Below the pieces are notes generated by a model. The model saw only the letters and a list, made by a program, of their open reading frames with translations, did no database searches and had not been told where the DNA came from. The position numbers and the translations under genes were made by a program. This document shows positions 38,325 to 48,466 of a stretch of 64,000 bases of DNA, one piece after another (the first letter of the stretch is position 1; every line of letters begins with the position of its first letter). The DNA comes from Escherichia phage vB_vPM_PD114: sequence record MH675927.1, one strand, 5' to 3'.

Positions 38325-39355
38325 TGTTCCTCCTGCTCTGAAATATATGCTTGTAGCATACTTTCAAAAGTTGTTTCATCATTCGCCCAACGTTTCATAT
38401 ATACCAACTGAAAAATTGTCTCTATCCATTCATCAGTTGTCATCTCTACTTCTTCACCATCCCAAGAAGTAAATTTAACGCCATCTGGGAACCATTCATA
38501 ATACTGATCTTTAACTGTCTGAAAAAGTTCAGCCTGTGTTTTACATTTGGAAATAAGATTAAAGCAAGTAATATCTCCAAACTTAACATCGAAATCTTGG
38601 TAAGGTCGAATACTATCTGTCTTATCGCCCATTAGCATTTGATAAGCTAACCAGTAACTACCCCAACCCTTAATTTCTTTTTTCTTACCTTTTTCTACGA
38701 TCCAGATATCGCCAATAGATTCATCAATCAGAATAATACAAGGATTTTTATAAACACCATCCTCTTTATAAAAGTTAAAGAGTAAACTTGGTGTGTGCAA
38801 GCTATCTTTGTCGATAGATGCTACAATATGAGAAAACTTACCAGTTTCCTTGTAGGCTTTATACCCTGCATATCCATAGATTTCTAAAGCATCATCTGCC
38901 TCAATACCAGTAACAACGTCACCGTTATGTTTTTCAACTAGATAATCTTTAGTATCTGATAAATGGATTGGTCTTAAATCTGATCGTTCTGATTTATATT
39001 CTTTTGGCATTTTGAAAGAATGCCGGAAGGTTTTTCCTACCCCGATGACACCGCAATACTTTTGAAGTTTTAGGTGATCCATCATCTGGGTTATTTTTGT
39101 CTTTGCAGCTTGAAACGTAAAAGAAATATTATCTGGGACTATTTGAACATCTTTTATTTCAAAATCTTCTCTAGAGAACAACTTTTTACCAGCAGCTTCG
39201 CGTTGCGCGTTAAGTGCTCCTAACCATCCTCCAATATTTTTTGAAGATTTACCCCAAAAATCTGTTCTTGTTTCAAACTCTTTTACATTACCGGAAGCCT
39301 TGTGTACAGCGTGGATTTTTCTTTGTTCTAAAGCTGAAGACGCTTGGAACGCCAC
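38321..39355 (-). CDS. 5'-3' exonuclease / RNase H (FEN family)
   Basis: GIEADD and MGDKTDSI motifs as in T4 RNase H; alternative start, no clear SD. Confidence 0.65.
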   Translation of the reverse strand: MAFQASSALEQRKIHAVHKASGNVKEFETRTDFWGKSSKNIGGWLGALNAQREAAGKKLFSREDFEIKDVQIVPDNISFTFQAAKTKITQMMDHLKLQKYCGVIGVGKTFRHSFKMPKEYKSERSDLRPIHLSDTKDYLVEKHNGDVVTGIEADDALEIYGYAGYKAYKETGKFSHIVASIDKDSLHTPSLLFNFYKEDGVYKNPCIILIDESIGDIWIVEKGKKKEIKGWGSYWLAYQMLMGDKTDSIRPYQDFDVKFGDITCFNLISKCKTQAELFQTVKDQYYEWFPDGVKFTSWDGEEVEMTTDEWIETIFQLVYMKRWANDETTFESMLQAYISEQEEH

Positions 39356-39447
39356 TTGATCGTAGTCTATTGCAAGAATTGTGTTCTCGTCAACATATTT
39401 GTGCAGGTCTTCCGGTTGGATTAAAATGTAACCGCTAATATTACCTC

Positions 39448-39660
39448 CTATTCATCATCTGAACTCTCTGTTGAGAATGTTCGTGTGTAGGGACACTGAC
39501 GACTTGCAGAAACCTCTATAACCTTGTCGTACATACCGTTAGAGTAAAAACAGTATTTTGTACTTCCAGAAACTTGTTCTCCAGAATTAATTAAAGTTAT
39601 TTGACCAGCATAAGAATAAGAACTGATTACTAAAAGTAAACCGACAAGAAGTTTTTTCAT
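39448..39660 (-). CDS. small secreted protein with signal peptide
   Basis: MKKLLVGLLLVISSYSYA signal-like N-terminus; SD aaggagac. Confidence 0.55.
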   Translation of the reverse strand: MKKLLVGLLLVISSYSYAGQITLINSGEQVSGSTKYCFYSNGMYDKVIEVSASRQCPYTRTFSTESSDDE

Positions 39661-39734
39661 GGTGTGTCTCCTTAAAAGCCCACCTAACTAAGTAGGTAGG
39701 CATATTAACACATATTAAATTAGTAAGTCAAGTA

Positions 39735-40619
39735 TTATTTTTGAATAGTTGACTTGATAAGGTCTTGCATAATACCACGGATTTCGTTAAAGCACAGAAG
39801 GACAGATGCTTCAAAAGATCCTTCTTCATCATTAAAGTATTTAGGGAATTTAATACCACTCAACTTAAATTCTTTATCAACAATAAAGTTAACGAAACCG
39901 TCATATTCCAGGCCAATGGCAACAACGTGCTTACCATCTTCCATAAGTTCTACTGCACGAGATTCATAAAGGGACTCTTTACTCCATACAACCACACCTT
40001 CCGAATCTTCAAGTTTAATATAATTACCCAGGGTCAGTCGTTCAGCCTCATGTTCTTCTAAGATGGTATCAAAACCTTTAATAATGGCTTCTTCGTGTAC
40101 ACTAAACGGCAGAACTGGGAAAGTACCCAACACCTCACGAAGAAATACAGCAATATCTTCACTAATTTTCTTAGTACCATTAAGAACATAGGTAATACTG
40201 TTTTCAGTGTCTACAACAACATAGTTATAGAAATCATCTGCCTCTGTTTCTGGGAGCAGAGAAAACACAATATCAGCCTCAATTGCTTTTTTGCTTTCTT
40301 TGTCCAAGAAGAACTCTTTAGTAGGATTTGCAGCAATAAACTCTTGTTCCATCTCCTGGAGTTTTTCATTAAGAATGCGTTTAACTTTCTTCTTATTAAC
40401 TTTCTTAACAGACTGCCCTACTTTAATAACCTCTAAACCAGAGAACACTTTTACATAGGAACCATCATCTTCAAAACGAACAAGACCAATGGTATGTGCT
40501 TGTTGCCCCTGTGCCACAACAAAATCCAGCGGTTTGTCTGTTACTGTGTTCAGTGCTGAAATAGACAGACCATCACCAGAAATCAGGGTTACGCAAGATT
40601 TGAAATTTTTAGCAAACAT
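39735..40619 (-). CDS. hypothetical protein
   Basis: track ORF 39735..40640 trimmed to ATG after gaggag. Confidence 0.55.
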   Translation of the reverse strand: MFAKNFKSCVTLISGDGLSISALNTVTDKPLDFVVAQGQQAHTIGLVRFEDDGSYVKVFSGLEVIKVGQSVKKVNKKKVKRILNEKLQEMEQEFIAANPTKEFFLDKESKKAIEADIVFSLLPETEADDFYNYVVVDTENSITYVLNGTKKISEDIAVFLREVLGTFPVLPFSVHEEAIIKGFDTILEEHEAERLTLGNYIKLEDSEGVVVWSKESLYESRAVELMEDGKHVVAIGLEYDGFVNFIVDKEFKLSGIKFPKYFNDEEGSFEASVLLCFNEIRGIMQDLIKSTIQK

Positions 40620-40629
40620 AGTTTTCTCC

Positions 40630-40908
40630 TCAAATAACAACTACAAAATATTTTACACCATCATATTCGACAATATGATCAGGATATTTAAATCCTTTAT
40701 AAGATTTACCAAACAGACTAACAGCTTCATTAGCTTTGTTTTGCGGATTACTCAACCACTGTTCTTCTGTGTAAAACTTAAATTCTGTTCTCTTACCTTC
40801 TTTTTCTAAACCAACAATTTCCTGTGTGATATCTTCAATACCTGCATTCTTCAAGGATTTGATCACCTGACGCAAACCGTGTTTAAAGATATCTTCTGCT
40901 GTTAACAT
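40630..40908 (-). CDS. hypothetical protein
   Basis: track ORF; SD tggagg. Confidence 0.55.
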   Translation of the reverse strand: MLTAEDIFKHGLRQVIKSLKNAGIEDITQEIVGLEKEGKRTEFKFYTEEQWLSNPQNKANEAVSLFGKSYKGFKYPDHIVEYDGVKYFVVVI

Positions 40909-40944
40909 AATACCTCCAATAAGCCCCCGAAGGGGCTTTATTTC

Positions 40945-41667
40945 TTAAGCAATGATTGCTGCGATATTAGGTTTAACAAAGGTAGATGGCTTCATAATTT
41001 TACCTTTGTCATCAAAGAATACGTATACCTTTTGAACTTCGTTATATACAGCATGTACTCCAGTATAAGAACCTTCTGCACGATCTTTGCTTCGCATCTC
41101 GATAGCATCACACTCTTTTTCAAGAGCTTCAACAATATCCTTAGTTTCCCAAATAGCCAGGAGTTGCTTCTTGGTAGGATACTTGGACTCATTGCTATTC
41201 AACACTTCACGCATAACCTTCTTCTCGTTATAAACAGAACGCACCAAAGTATCTCGTGCCATACGTGTAAGTGTAAGAGACATTAGGGCAAATTGCAAGT
41301 CATTTTCTACCATTTTATCAAATTCAATGATAACATCGTAAATGTTTTCTGCCAGAACATCTCCTGTCGGCATTTCCAGGGCTTTATCAACACCTTCTTT
41401 ACCAAAGAACATAAATGCCAGGTAGGATGCTACCACAAAAATATCTGCTGCTGCATCAAGTAATTCAACGTGATCATTTTCCTGTGCTGCTGCTTGGAAC
41501 TCTTTTAGTTCTTCTCGTACAAAAGAAAGTTGAGCTTCAAACATCTCTTGAGTAAATTCTGGGGTTACGCCACCACGTGCCTTAGCATTCCAAGCAACAA
41601 TTTGATCGGCAGCTTTGATAAAGAAGCTATTGTCCACTTTTACTTGTTTGAAAAAATTCTCGATCAT
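40945..41667 (-). CDS. hypothetical protein (possible nucleotide pyrophosphohydrolase)
   Basis: track ORF; SD aaggagaa; function is a weak guess from helical EEL..E..DA composition. Confidence 0.5.
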   Translation of the reverse strand: MIENFFKQVKVDNSFFIKAADQIVAWNAKARGGVTPEFTQEMFEAQLSFVREELKEFQAAAQENDHVELLDAAADIFVVASYLAFMFFGKEGVDKALEMPTGDVLAENIYDVIIEFDKMVENDLQFALMSLTLTRMARDTLVRSVYNEKKVMREVLNSNESKYPTKKQLLAIWETKDIVEALEKECDAIEMRSKDRAEGSYTGVHAVYNEVQKVYVFFDDKGKIMKPSTFVKPNIAAIIA

Positions 41668-41865
41668 TGTTTCTCCTTATTTAAAATATTGTTCTAACAA
41701 AACACTAATGCGAACTACCGATTCGCCCATATACGCCCCAGCACAGAGGAAAACAACAAATCTACAAAAATTGCAGTACCATTTGTTCACTGGAAACGAG
41801 GCTAACATTATAATTGCAATAGCAATTAACATCATAAGAACTGTTACTAATACCATATTTACCTC

Positions 41866-42981
41866 TTACTCTGCTGGTTCCCAAGTACCTGGAATCATCT
41901 TACGTACACGTACCCCAACAGGCTTGGTAGGAATACCTTCGTCTGAAAATTCTTCGTACTCAATTTCAACAAATTGACCAATAAGTGTCAAAGCATTTTC
42001 TTCTTTACGATAGTTAATGGTTTCATCTGAATCCTTACGCATCAGGAATTCGACTACTTTACCATTTTCCATCTCGCCTGTCAATACCCCGTCACCATTT
42101 TTATCACGCTTTGCACTTACCACCTTAACTTCAAGCGTCTGCCGTGGTTTACGTTTAATAACATCATAAGAACGTTTATCAAACTCGTAAACACCTTGTG
42201 CATTACGATACACCACACCTTCCGCTTTCTCACGCAGAGCTTTTGCATAGAATTCATCAAACTGCTCTTGGTTTTCAATGTACTCTGTATGTACTACACA
42301 AATAAGTTCGTCTAAACCTTTATCTTGAACAACTTCTTTTAGAGCAGCCAAAACTTCAACCCTCTTCTCAAATGGTACAGATGGCACAGGAACATCATAT
42401 ACATAGTATTTAAGAAGCGGAGTGTTAGCATTATGCTTTTTCCACGCACTATTAATTTGTTGAAGGCTAAGAACACCCAAACCAGCAAAAACTTCACCGT
42501 CAAGAGGATGACCAACTACTTCTTTAATGAAGGTTGGAATTTCTTTCCAGTGAGGTGGAAGTTTATATACTTCCCCAGCTTTAGATAAGCATTCACCTTG
42601 CATGTTAATCATTGAACGTAGACCATTCAATTTATACTGTGCATAACCTGGAAACAAAACACGATCAGCATAATCTTTATAATCCTGACATTTCATGGGT
42701 GTGGAAGGAACATGGTTTTCAGCTTCCTCTTTTGTTTTATAATACCCATTCTTAAGTTGCTTTGTCCATTTGGCAAGAGCTTCTATTTCAGCTTGTTCTT
42801 CTGCTGTTGTTTCATTTGAGCGACCAATATTTTTAGGTTCTGCTGTATAAGATTTGCTAGTAATCTTTCCACCTAATTGACCATGAGTAACAGTTACAAC
42901 ACTACCTTCGGTATAGACTGACCACTGTTTAATTTTACCTGTAGAAGTTTTACCATACAATGTAGGATTAGTTTGTTTCAT
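41866..42981 (-). CDS. ATP-dependent DNA ligase (nucleotidyltransferase superfamily)
   Basis: motif I YKLNG (KxDG-type lysine), size about 370 aa; track ORF trimmed to ATG after tggagg. Confidence 0.6.
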   Translation of the reverse strand: MKQTNPTLYGKTSTGKIKQWSVYTEGSVVTVTHGQLGGKITSKSYTAEPKNIGRSNETTAEEQAEIEALAKWTKQLKNGYYKTKEEAENHVPSTPMKCQDYKDYADRVLFPGYAQYKLNGLRSMINMQGECLSKAGEVYKLPPHWKEIPTFIKEVVGHPLDGEVFAGLGVLSLQQINSAWKKHNANTPLLKYYVYDVPVPSVPFEKRVEVLAALKEVVQDKGLDELICVVHTEYIENQEQFDEFYAKALREKAEGVVYRNAQGVYEFDKRSYDVIKRKPRQTLEVKVVSAKRDKNGDGVLTGEMENGKVVEFLMRKDSDETINYRKEENALTLIGQFVEIEYEEFSDEGIPTKPVGVRVRKMIPGTWEPAE

Positions 42982-43156
42982 CTTTAACCTCCAGTTGCGA
43001 AAGAACCCATTTAGCCATTTCAATTTCACCGTGTAGTCTGCCTAGTTCATAGGCATCATCAATATTACCACCAGTGTAATCATCCACCATAAAGTAAGGA
43101 TCTTCGCTACTGTTAGGTGCGTTTGCAATTCTCGTTAGTTCTTCAATAAATGTCAT
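42968..43156 (-). CDS. hypothetical protein
   Basis: track ORF trimmed to ATG. Confidence 0.45.
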   Translation of the reverse strand: MTFIEELTRIANAPNSSEDPYFMVDDYTGGNIDDAYELGRLHGEIEMAKWVLSQLEVKDETN

Positions 43157-43164
43157 AGTTACCC

Positions 43165-43389
43165 TTACCAATTATACACAAGAGTTTGAATCTCTTCCAT
43201 CAAATCTTCAAGATCTGTATCAACGTATTCAGAAGATGTTGCCATAAAGTATGTAATCATTGTGAACCCTTCCGAAGAAAGAGCATCAAGGATATCATTA
43301 AACATATCTTCCATTTCAGTATTCTCACCAAATGAGAATAACATTTGTTGGTCTTCGCTTACACCTTTAACATAGATAGCTGTACTCAT
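43165..43389 (-). CDS. hypothetical acidic protein
   Basis: track ORF; SD aaggatt. Confidence 0.5.
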   Translation of the reverse strand: MSTAIYVKGVSEDQQMLFSFGENTEMEDMFNDILDALSSEGFTMITYFMATSSEYVDTDLEDLMEEIQTLVYNW

Positions 43390-43392
43390 ATA

Positions 43393-43713
43393 TTAATCCT
43401 TAAGACGTTCATTTAAATCTGCAATAACATCACCTAAATCTTCACATTCCAGTGTTAACTCTGAAACTTGTTCATTCAAACAAGAAACTTCTTCGTTTAG
43501 ATCTGAAATAATGTTTTCTAATGAATCTACTTGGTCATCATATGAACGTTTTGTTTCTTCAAGTTCTTCCGTAAGATCATTAATCAAACGGAGCAAAGAT
43601 AAGATATAGCCGTCTCCTGTCTCGTTCCTCCACTCACTTCCGTAGCGATAAATAATAATTTCACCATTATCGACTACTGTAAAATACTTACCTTCACCAG
43701 AATAAATTTCCAT
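43393..43713 (-). CDS. hypothetical coiled-coil protein
   Basis: track ORF; SD aaggagag. Confidence 0.55.
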   Translation of the reverse strand: MEIYSGEGKYFTVVDNGEIIIYRYGSEWRNETGDGYILSLLRLINDLTEELEETKRSYDDQVDSLENIISDLNEEVSCLNEQVSELTLECEDLGDVIADLNERLKD

Positions 43714-43722
43714 ACACTCTCC

Positions 43723-44127
43723 TTATTGTAGCTTAAGTGAACTGCGAAGACGTTTCTCTTGCTGATCACGAATATGTTGTGGAACCTCATGAATTGAGTC
43801 GTTACCGTGCCTATTTTCAACAACTAAAGAGATAACTTGATAACCAAACTCTTCAGCAAGAGTAAAATAAGGTTTAAGTTCTTTCTCTGTGGTTGAAGTG
43901 TTAGAGACAATAATCTTTTTAATATTAGATGCCATAGCATCACGAACAATACTCTGACACCATGCGTGTGCTTTACCTACATTTTCTGGCTTCCAATCGT
44001 AAACACCACTTTCTGTGTAATGATATTGATCTGCCTCACAGATAGGCCAATAACCTTCAGAAATAATTTCTGCTACTGTAGATTTACCTGCACCTGAAAC
44101 ACCACGTAAAATGATAAGTTGTTTCAT
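43723..44127 (-). CDS. P-loop polynucleotide kinase-like protein
   Basis: N-terminus MKQLIILRGVSGAGKST resembles T4 Pnk kinase domain start; SD tggagg. Confidence 0.6.
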   Translation of the reverse strand: MKQLIILRGVSGAGKSTVAEIISEGYWPICEADQYHYTESGVYDWKPENVGKAHAWCQSIVRDAMASNIKKIIVSNTSTTEKELKPYFTLAEEFGYQVISLVVENRHGNDSIHEVPQHIRDQQEKRLRSSLKLQ

Positions 44128-45060
44128 TTAGCCTCCAAAGAAGTTTTCTATTTCTTTACGTCGCTCTTGTGGATCTAAAGCAGCCCATTGAGTCTTGGTA
44201 AAGTTGTTTCGAAGCCATTCTAGCAAAGTATAATATTCTTCGTCAACAATTTGTTTAGCATTTTTTGGGTTGTCCCAAATCATATCCCACTTCTTATTGC
44301 CACCACGCATAAGGAATTTCTTAGCAAGATAGTATGGTGACTTAATCTTTAACAGCAAGTTAAACGGATAGTTTGTTTCACGAACTACAAACCCTTCGTG
44401 CTTACATTGTTTAGACATTTCAACAACATCTGAAAATTTAATCATCTGATAAACTTCAGGACGTTTAAATTTTGTAACAGATGCAATCCCATCGAGCACA
44501 CCTTCAGGTAGCATGAAACTTGTCCCATCATCATTTTGAATTCTTGCTCCGATTAAGTATGCACCTGGTTCTTCTTCAACAATATGTGGATCAGAAGGAT
44601 CACAGATTTCAAAAAGGAAAGTTGCTTTTGCACTTTCTGTCCACTTAATGAAATATTCTATGTCATCACACTCGGAAACAATATGGTTCTTGGCAAGAGT
44701 TGCAAAATCTGACTCTAGGCTCCCTGTTGTTGATACAATAAGTTGCCCTTTGTACACACCTACAGATGCCATAAAACCGTTTACTTTACGGACAGCATCT
44801 ACAAGTTGGTCTGCTGGAAGATCTGTACCATTCTCAAAACGATTAAAGATTTTAGTAAAAGGCCAAATAACAACATTGTCTTCTGAGTCAACAACCAACC
44901 CACGACAATCTAGAAGTCGTTTGTCAACGTTCCACAAGTTATCCCAGAATACATTGTTTTTGTATTTAAGTACAGCAAGACCAGCATACTCTCCAGATTT
45001 AACTTCTTTTTTATGCACTAAACCTTTTGCAATCAGGTCATCACAATTGAACTTAGCCAC
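44128..45060 (-). CDS. RNA ligase (Rnl1-like nucleotidyltransferase)
   Basis: motif I KVNGFMASV followed by Gly-rich segment as in T4 Rnl1; GTG start after aaggag. Confidence 0.55.
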   Translation of the reverse strand: MAKFNCDDLIAKGLVHKKEVKSGEYAGLAVLKYKNNVFWDNLWNVDKRLLDCRGLVVDSEDNVVIWPFTKIFNRFENGTDLPADQLVDAVRKVNGFMASVGVYKGQLIVSTTGSLESDFATLAKNHIVSECDDIEYFIKWTESAKATFLFEICDPSDPHIVEEEPGAYLIGARIQNDDGTSFMLPEGVLDGIASVTKFKRPEVYQMIKFSDVVEMSKQCKHEGFVVRETNYPFNLLLKIKSPYYLAKKFLMRGGNKKWDMIWDNPKNAKQIVDEEYYTLLEWLRNNFTKTQWAALDPQERRKEIENFFGG

Positions 45061-45061
45061 C

Positions 45062-45613
45062 TTAATCTCCTTTGATTATCTTATGATGGTCTACAACAAC
45101 AATATCACGCTTATCCATAATAGAGATGATTTCGTCAAAATGCAAGATTTTTCCGTGTGCGTCCCAACCAACGTCCAACATTTTCCCATACAAATGATCA
45201 GGGAATGATCCGTGAGAGTGCCCGTGTAGCATGATTGATCCATGCCCTTGTTTATTCCAGGAAGCCATAGGGTAATGACTTAAGACGAAGAACAGTTTCT
45301 GATATTTCACTTCGTCATAATACACCACCTCGCCATATTCTGCAAGCACTTCTCGGTGTTTGCTGTAATCATGGTTCCCAACACAGTAAGTGATATCACC
45401 TTGAAGACGTGAAGCAATTTTACGGGTATCTTCTTCAGTCCCGAAACAGAAGTCGCCCAAGTGCCACATCTTGACACCAGGACTCGTAGCACATTTATTC
45501 CATGCTTCAATCAGTGCTTCTGTCATATGATCCATATCTTCCCACGGGCGATATTCAGGAGCAAACTCTCGAATACGTTTGTGCATAAAATGCAAATCAC
45601 TTGTAATAAACAT
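45062..45613 (-). CDS. calcineurin-like metallophosphoesterase
   Basis: DLHF, GDFCFG and GNHD metal-binding motifs. Confidence 0.7.
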   Translation of the reverse strand: MFITSDLHFMHKRIREFAPEYRPWEDMDHMTEALIEAWNKCATSPGVKMWHLGDFCFGTEEDTRKIASRLQGDITYCVGNHDYSKHREVLAEYGEVVYYDEVKYQKLFFVLSHYPMASWNKQGHGSIMLHGHSHGSFPDHLYGKMLDVGWDAHGKILHFDEIISIMDKRDIVVVDHHKIIKGD

Positions 45614-45972
45614 TAGTATAATCCCTCGCTGAATAGTTCACTGTCGTGACCATTTCTTTCATAGTTAATTTGTTTGGCGTTATCTGCAATGATATAAGCA
45701 TCTTTGCGACTCCACCAATTATAATACTGATCAATAAACCCTTGATTATCAGGTAAGCAAAACAGCTTATCAATCAATCCTGCATCTTTTAAAACATTAA
45801 GTTGTGCAGATAGTACAGGATTTGCATGCCTAACACAAAGAATAATCAATTCTTCGCCATTGTTGAGAATATACTTATTCGCAGCGCATACTATAACACG
45901 TTGAGCATAGTGATCCTCACCAATCCAAGTAAGAGGTTGGTAACAAATATCATGTTGATTAGTAGCGCACAT
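45613..45972 (-). CDS. hypothetical protein
   Basis: track ORF 45613..45975 trimmed by one codon to ATG. Confidence 0.5.
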   Translation of the reverse strand: MCATNQHDICYQPLTWIGEDHYAQRVIVCAANKYILNNGEELIILCVRHANPVLSAQLNVLKDAGLIDKLFCLPDNQGFIDQYYNWWSRKDAYIIADNAKQINYERNGHDSELFSEGLY

Positions 45973-46121
45973 CAATTTTCTCCGTACTCTTTTAATCTAT
46001 CAGCGAAAAAACTGTAATCAGGAAGTAAAAGATCATTACTCGTATCGTTACAGTTTTCTTCATCTTTATAGATAAAACGCCCTTCATCCTCTTCTTGCTC
46101 TGACCAAACTGAGTAATGCAT
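45972..46121 (-). CDS. small acidic protein (49 aa)
   Basis: ORF filling gap; stop overlaps downstream start. Confidence 0.3.
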   Translation of the reverse strand: MHYSVWSEQEEDEGRFIYKDEENCNDTSNDLLLPDYSFFADRLKEYGEN

Positions 46122-46130
46122 AATACCTAC

Positions 46131-46472
46131 TTAATAGTTAACACGTTTAATTTCAACACCATAGGATGAAATAAAATTTTCCTTAGCTAACATATATTTA
46201 CCGGCAGCAGAAGGATTTGATGTATGAACATAGATAGTTTTAAGAGCATCCCATTCACCAGCGTACAACATACATTCTACGTCTAAGAACGCATGATATC
46301 CTTCTTGATCTTCTCCAAGATCATTATCGAAGTGTATCTCTGAGATATTATTGAAATTATCTTCATCTGAAACAAAAGATAACCAATCCTCAAAAGATTT
46401 TAACCAAATGGCATCCTCATAACCATAATCTTTAGGATCTCTTAAATCGTCTAACCAAAGAATTTTAGCCAC
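46131..46472 (-). CDS. hypothetical protein
   Basis: track ORF 46131..46505 trimmed to GTG after aggaagggg. Confidence 0.5.
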   Translation of the reverse strand: MAKILWLDDLRDPKDYGYEDAIWLKSFEDWLSFVSDEDNFNNISEIHFDNDLGEDQEGYHAFLDVECMLYAGEWDALKTIYVHTSNPSAAGKYMLAKENFISSYGVEIKRVNY

Positions 46473-46474
46473 TA

Positions 46475-46666
46475 TCAACCCCCTTCCTGTTTCTCTTCTT
46501 TCCAAGTTTTACCATTATCTACCAACTTCTTAGAAACAGCAAATCTTTCTCCATTGATATAAAACAAATAAAGAATAAAGGATTTTCCTATAGTTACAGT
46601 ATCTACTACTTTTACACGCTTCACACCTTGCATGTATTTGGCTTTACCTGAATAAATAAGGAACAT
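46475..46666 (-). CDS. hypothetical protein
   Basis: track ORF; SD aaggaata. Confidence 0.5.
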   Translation of the reverse strand: MFLIYSGKAKYMQGVKRVKVVDTVTIGKSFILYLFYINGERFAVSKKLVDNGKTWKEEKQEGG

Positions 46667-46944
46667 TACTTATTCCTTTTGTTGTTGATCACATCTAAAG
46701 CTGTGTAAGGTTTGTTTGTACCGCTGTATTCAAGAATAATTGGTACATATTCATAGACCAACTCAAAAGTACCATACATAGAATCTGCAACTGAAATAAG
46801 CATTTCAGTGCCTTTGTCGTTCTTAATTAATGAAAATCTTGCCCCTGGTTTATTGAGCACTTCATATTTCTTACCTGCTGTCAGCAAACCTGAATACCAT
46901 TCATTTTGCACAACAGACAAACACTTCAGATAAGTTTTTCTCAT
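46666..46944 (-). CDS. hypothetical protein
   Basis: track ORF; SD gaaggag. Confidence 0.55.
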   Translation of the reverse strand: MRKTYLKCLSVVQNEWYSGLLTAGKKYEVLNKPGARFSLIKNDKGTEMLISVADSMYGTFELVYEYVPIILEYSGTNKPYTALDVINNKRNK

Positions 46945-47276
46945 TTCTTTTTGCTCCTTCTTTTAGGTTTCTCGTATAAACCTAACACAGCCGATTCTTT
47001 TGCGCAAATAGGAACTGACTTCATTCCTCGTTTTTTAGCTTCTGGTAGATTCAAAACCCACCAGCCAAACCAGTACAATTCATCTTCTGTGAAAGGATCT
47101 GCCATAGGATCTGCATCACGTTCCTCAAATTTAGCAAGAGCTTCTTCTATCTTTTCTATTGGAGTATCAAAGACAAAAGCCTCTGTGTCAAATTTTTGTT
47201 TCTTAGGAGCGGCTTTTGCCGCCCCATCTTTAGATGCGCGCTTTGTTACGGATCGCTTCTTCGGTGTTTTCGCCAT
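46941..47276 (-). CDS. hypothetical Lys-rich basic protein
   Basis: track ORF 46941..47282 trimmed to ATG after ggagg; overlaps end of upstream gene by 47 nt. Confidence 0.5.
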   Translation of the reverse strand: MAKTPKKRSVTKRASKDGAAKAAPKKQKFDTEAFVFDTPIEKIEEALAKFEERDADPMADPFTEDELYWFGWWVLNLPEAKKRGMKSVPICAKESAVLGLYEKPKRRSKKK

Positions 47277-47469
47277 CAACAACCTCCATGCGGTGTAAGA
47301 AATCTTGCTGGAATCGCCAATACTGTTGACCAGTCCTTACATCTTCGTAGATCACAACAGGATCAAATACTTTAGATACACCCGCTGGTTTAGGAAAGCC
47401 AACTACACGATATAAACCGCCTTTGCTAATACAAGAATATGTTACATCAGTTAAAATTTCTTTTTTCAT
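47230..47469 (-). CDS. hypothetical protein
   Basis: track ORF; SD ggag. Confidence 0.5.
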   Translation of the reverse strand: MKKEILTDVTYSCISKGGLYRVVGFPKPAGVSKVFDPVVIYEDVRTGQQYWRFQQDFLHRMEVVDGENTEEAIRNKARI

Positions 47470-47663
47470 TTCTTAATAAACTCCAATACAGGTACGTGAT
47501 CAGCAGTTAAAGTTACACAATTGTAACTTACCTTTTCAACTTCAGAGAATGCTTCAACCCATAGCAAGAAATTCTCTTTAGCTTCTTCATAATTCAATGT
47601 TGACTTAACAACATGGAACTCACCAAGGATTACTCTATAGATTGTTTGCATAGTTTGATTCAT
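47466..47663 (-). CDS. hypothetical protein
   Basis: track ORF; SD aaagga. Confidence 0.5.
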   Translation of the reverse strand: MNQTMQTIYRVILGEFHVVKSTLNYEEAKENFLLWVEAFSEVEKVSYNCVTLTADHVPVLEFIKK

Positions 47664-47729
47664 TTATTTTTCCTTTGTTTAAAATGTGTTAAACAATCGC
47701 AAATGCTTGTGACGCACTTTGTGATCCCA

Positions 47730-48098
47730 CTAATTAACGTCAGCACTATGATTGTTGAGAGTATAGGATACTCCATCGCCCAAGTCAACATGAATCTCAA
47801 CTCCTAATTGTCTTTCTAATGGTAAACGTTTTGAGAATTGATAATTACAAAGTTTACAGTCTAAGTCAAGCAACTCATGTTTGCTTAAACCTGCAACGAT
47901 AACTTTGCTTCCTACTGTCCACTCAATACCTTCAAAGTTATCTCTTCTTTTCAAAATGTCAAGTAAGAAGATGATTTGTTGCCATTCCGTAGACAAGTCT
48001 TCTTCATAGAATGCAGAACAAAAAGTTTTATCATCGTAGAAAGCATACATTATGCCTCCATCTATTGTTTCACTTCTAACGTAACGTGTGACCCTCAT
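47730..48098 (-). CDS. hypothetical protein
   Basis: track ORF 47730..48137 trimmed to internal ATG after caggaggg; first gene of the - strand block. Confidence 0.5.
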   Translation of the reverse strand: MRVTRYVRSETIDGGIMYAFYDDKTFCSAFYEEDLSTEWQQIIFLLDILKRRDNFEGIEWTVGSKVIVAGLSKHELLDLDCKLCNYQFSKRLPLERQLGVEIHVDLGDGVSYTLNNHSADVN

Positions 48099-48437
48099 TA
48101 TTCCCTCCTGTATGGCTCTGTAACGAGCTAATAGCACCTAAGATATGCAATCACCTTACCTCACAGTAAAACTCGTTACAATCGTTTTTAGGAGGTTCAG
48201 GTTGTACTTAAAAATAATCTAAAAGGTGTTGACAAACGCAAAAAAGTATGCTACCCTAACCCCCGAAAAACGCCGAGCGCAGCGAGGGGGTGTTATCTAA
48301 TCTTGTGATACATGATCTAACAGACAACTGAGTAGTCTACATATAGCACTATGTTATGTCTATAATACTAACATACATGCTCTATACTAACAATAGATTA
48401 TTTATTAATTTTATTATTAATTAAATAATAAATATCT

Positions 48438-48466
48438 ATTGACTTTAGATCTATCTGTATGTAGAG
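48438..48466 (+). promoter_or_regulatory. sigma70-like promoter (TTGACT-N17-TAGAGT)
   Basis: near-consensus hexamers upstream of 48507 gene, preceded by AT-rich tract. Confidence 0.5.

Noticed and set aside
44648-45208. 186-aa + strand ORF
   Set aside because: Antisense to the RNA ligase and phosphoesterase genes, which have motifs and SD sites; no independent support.
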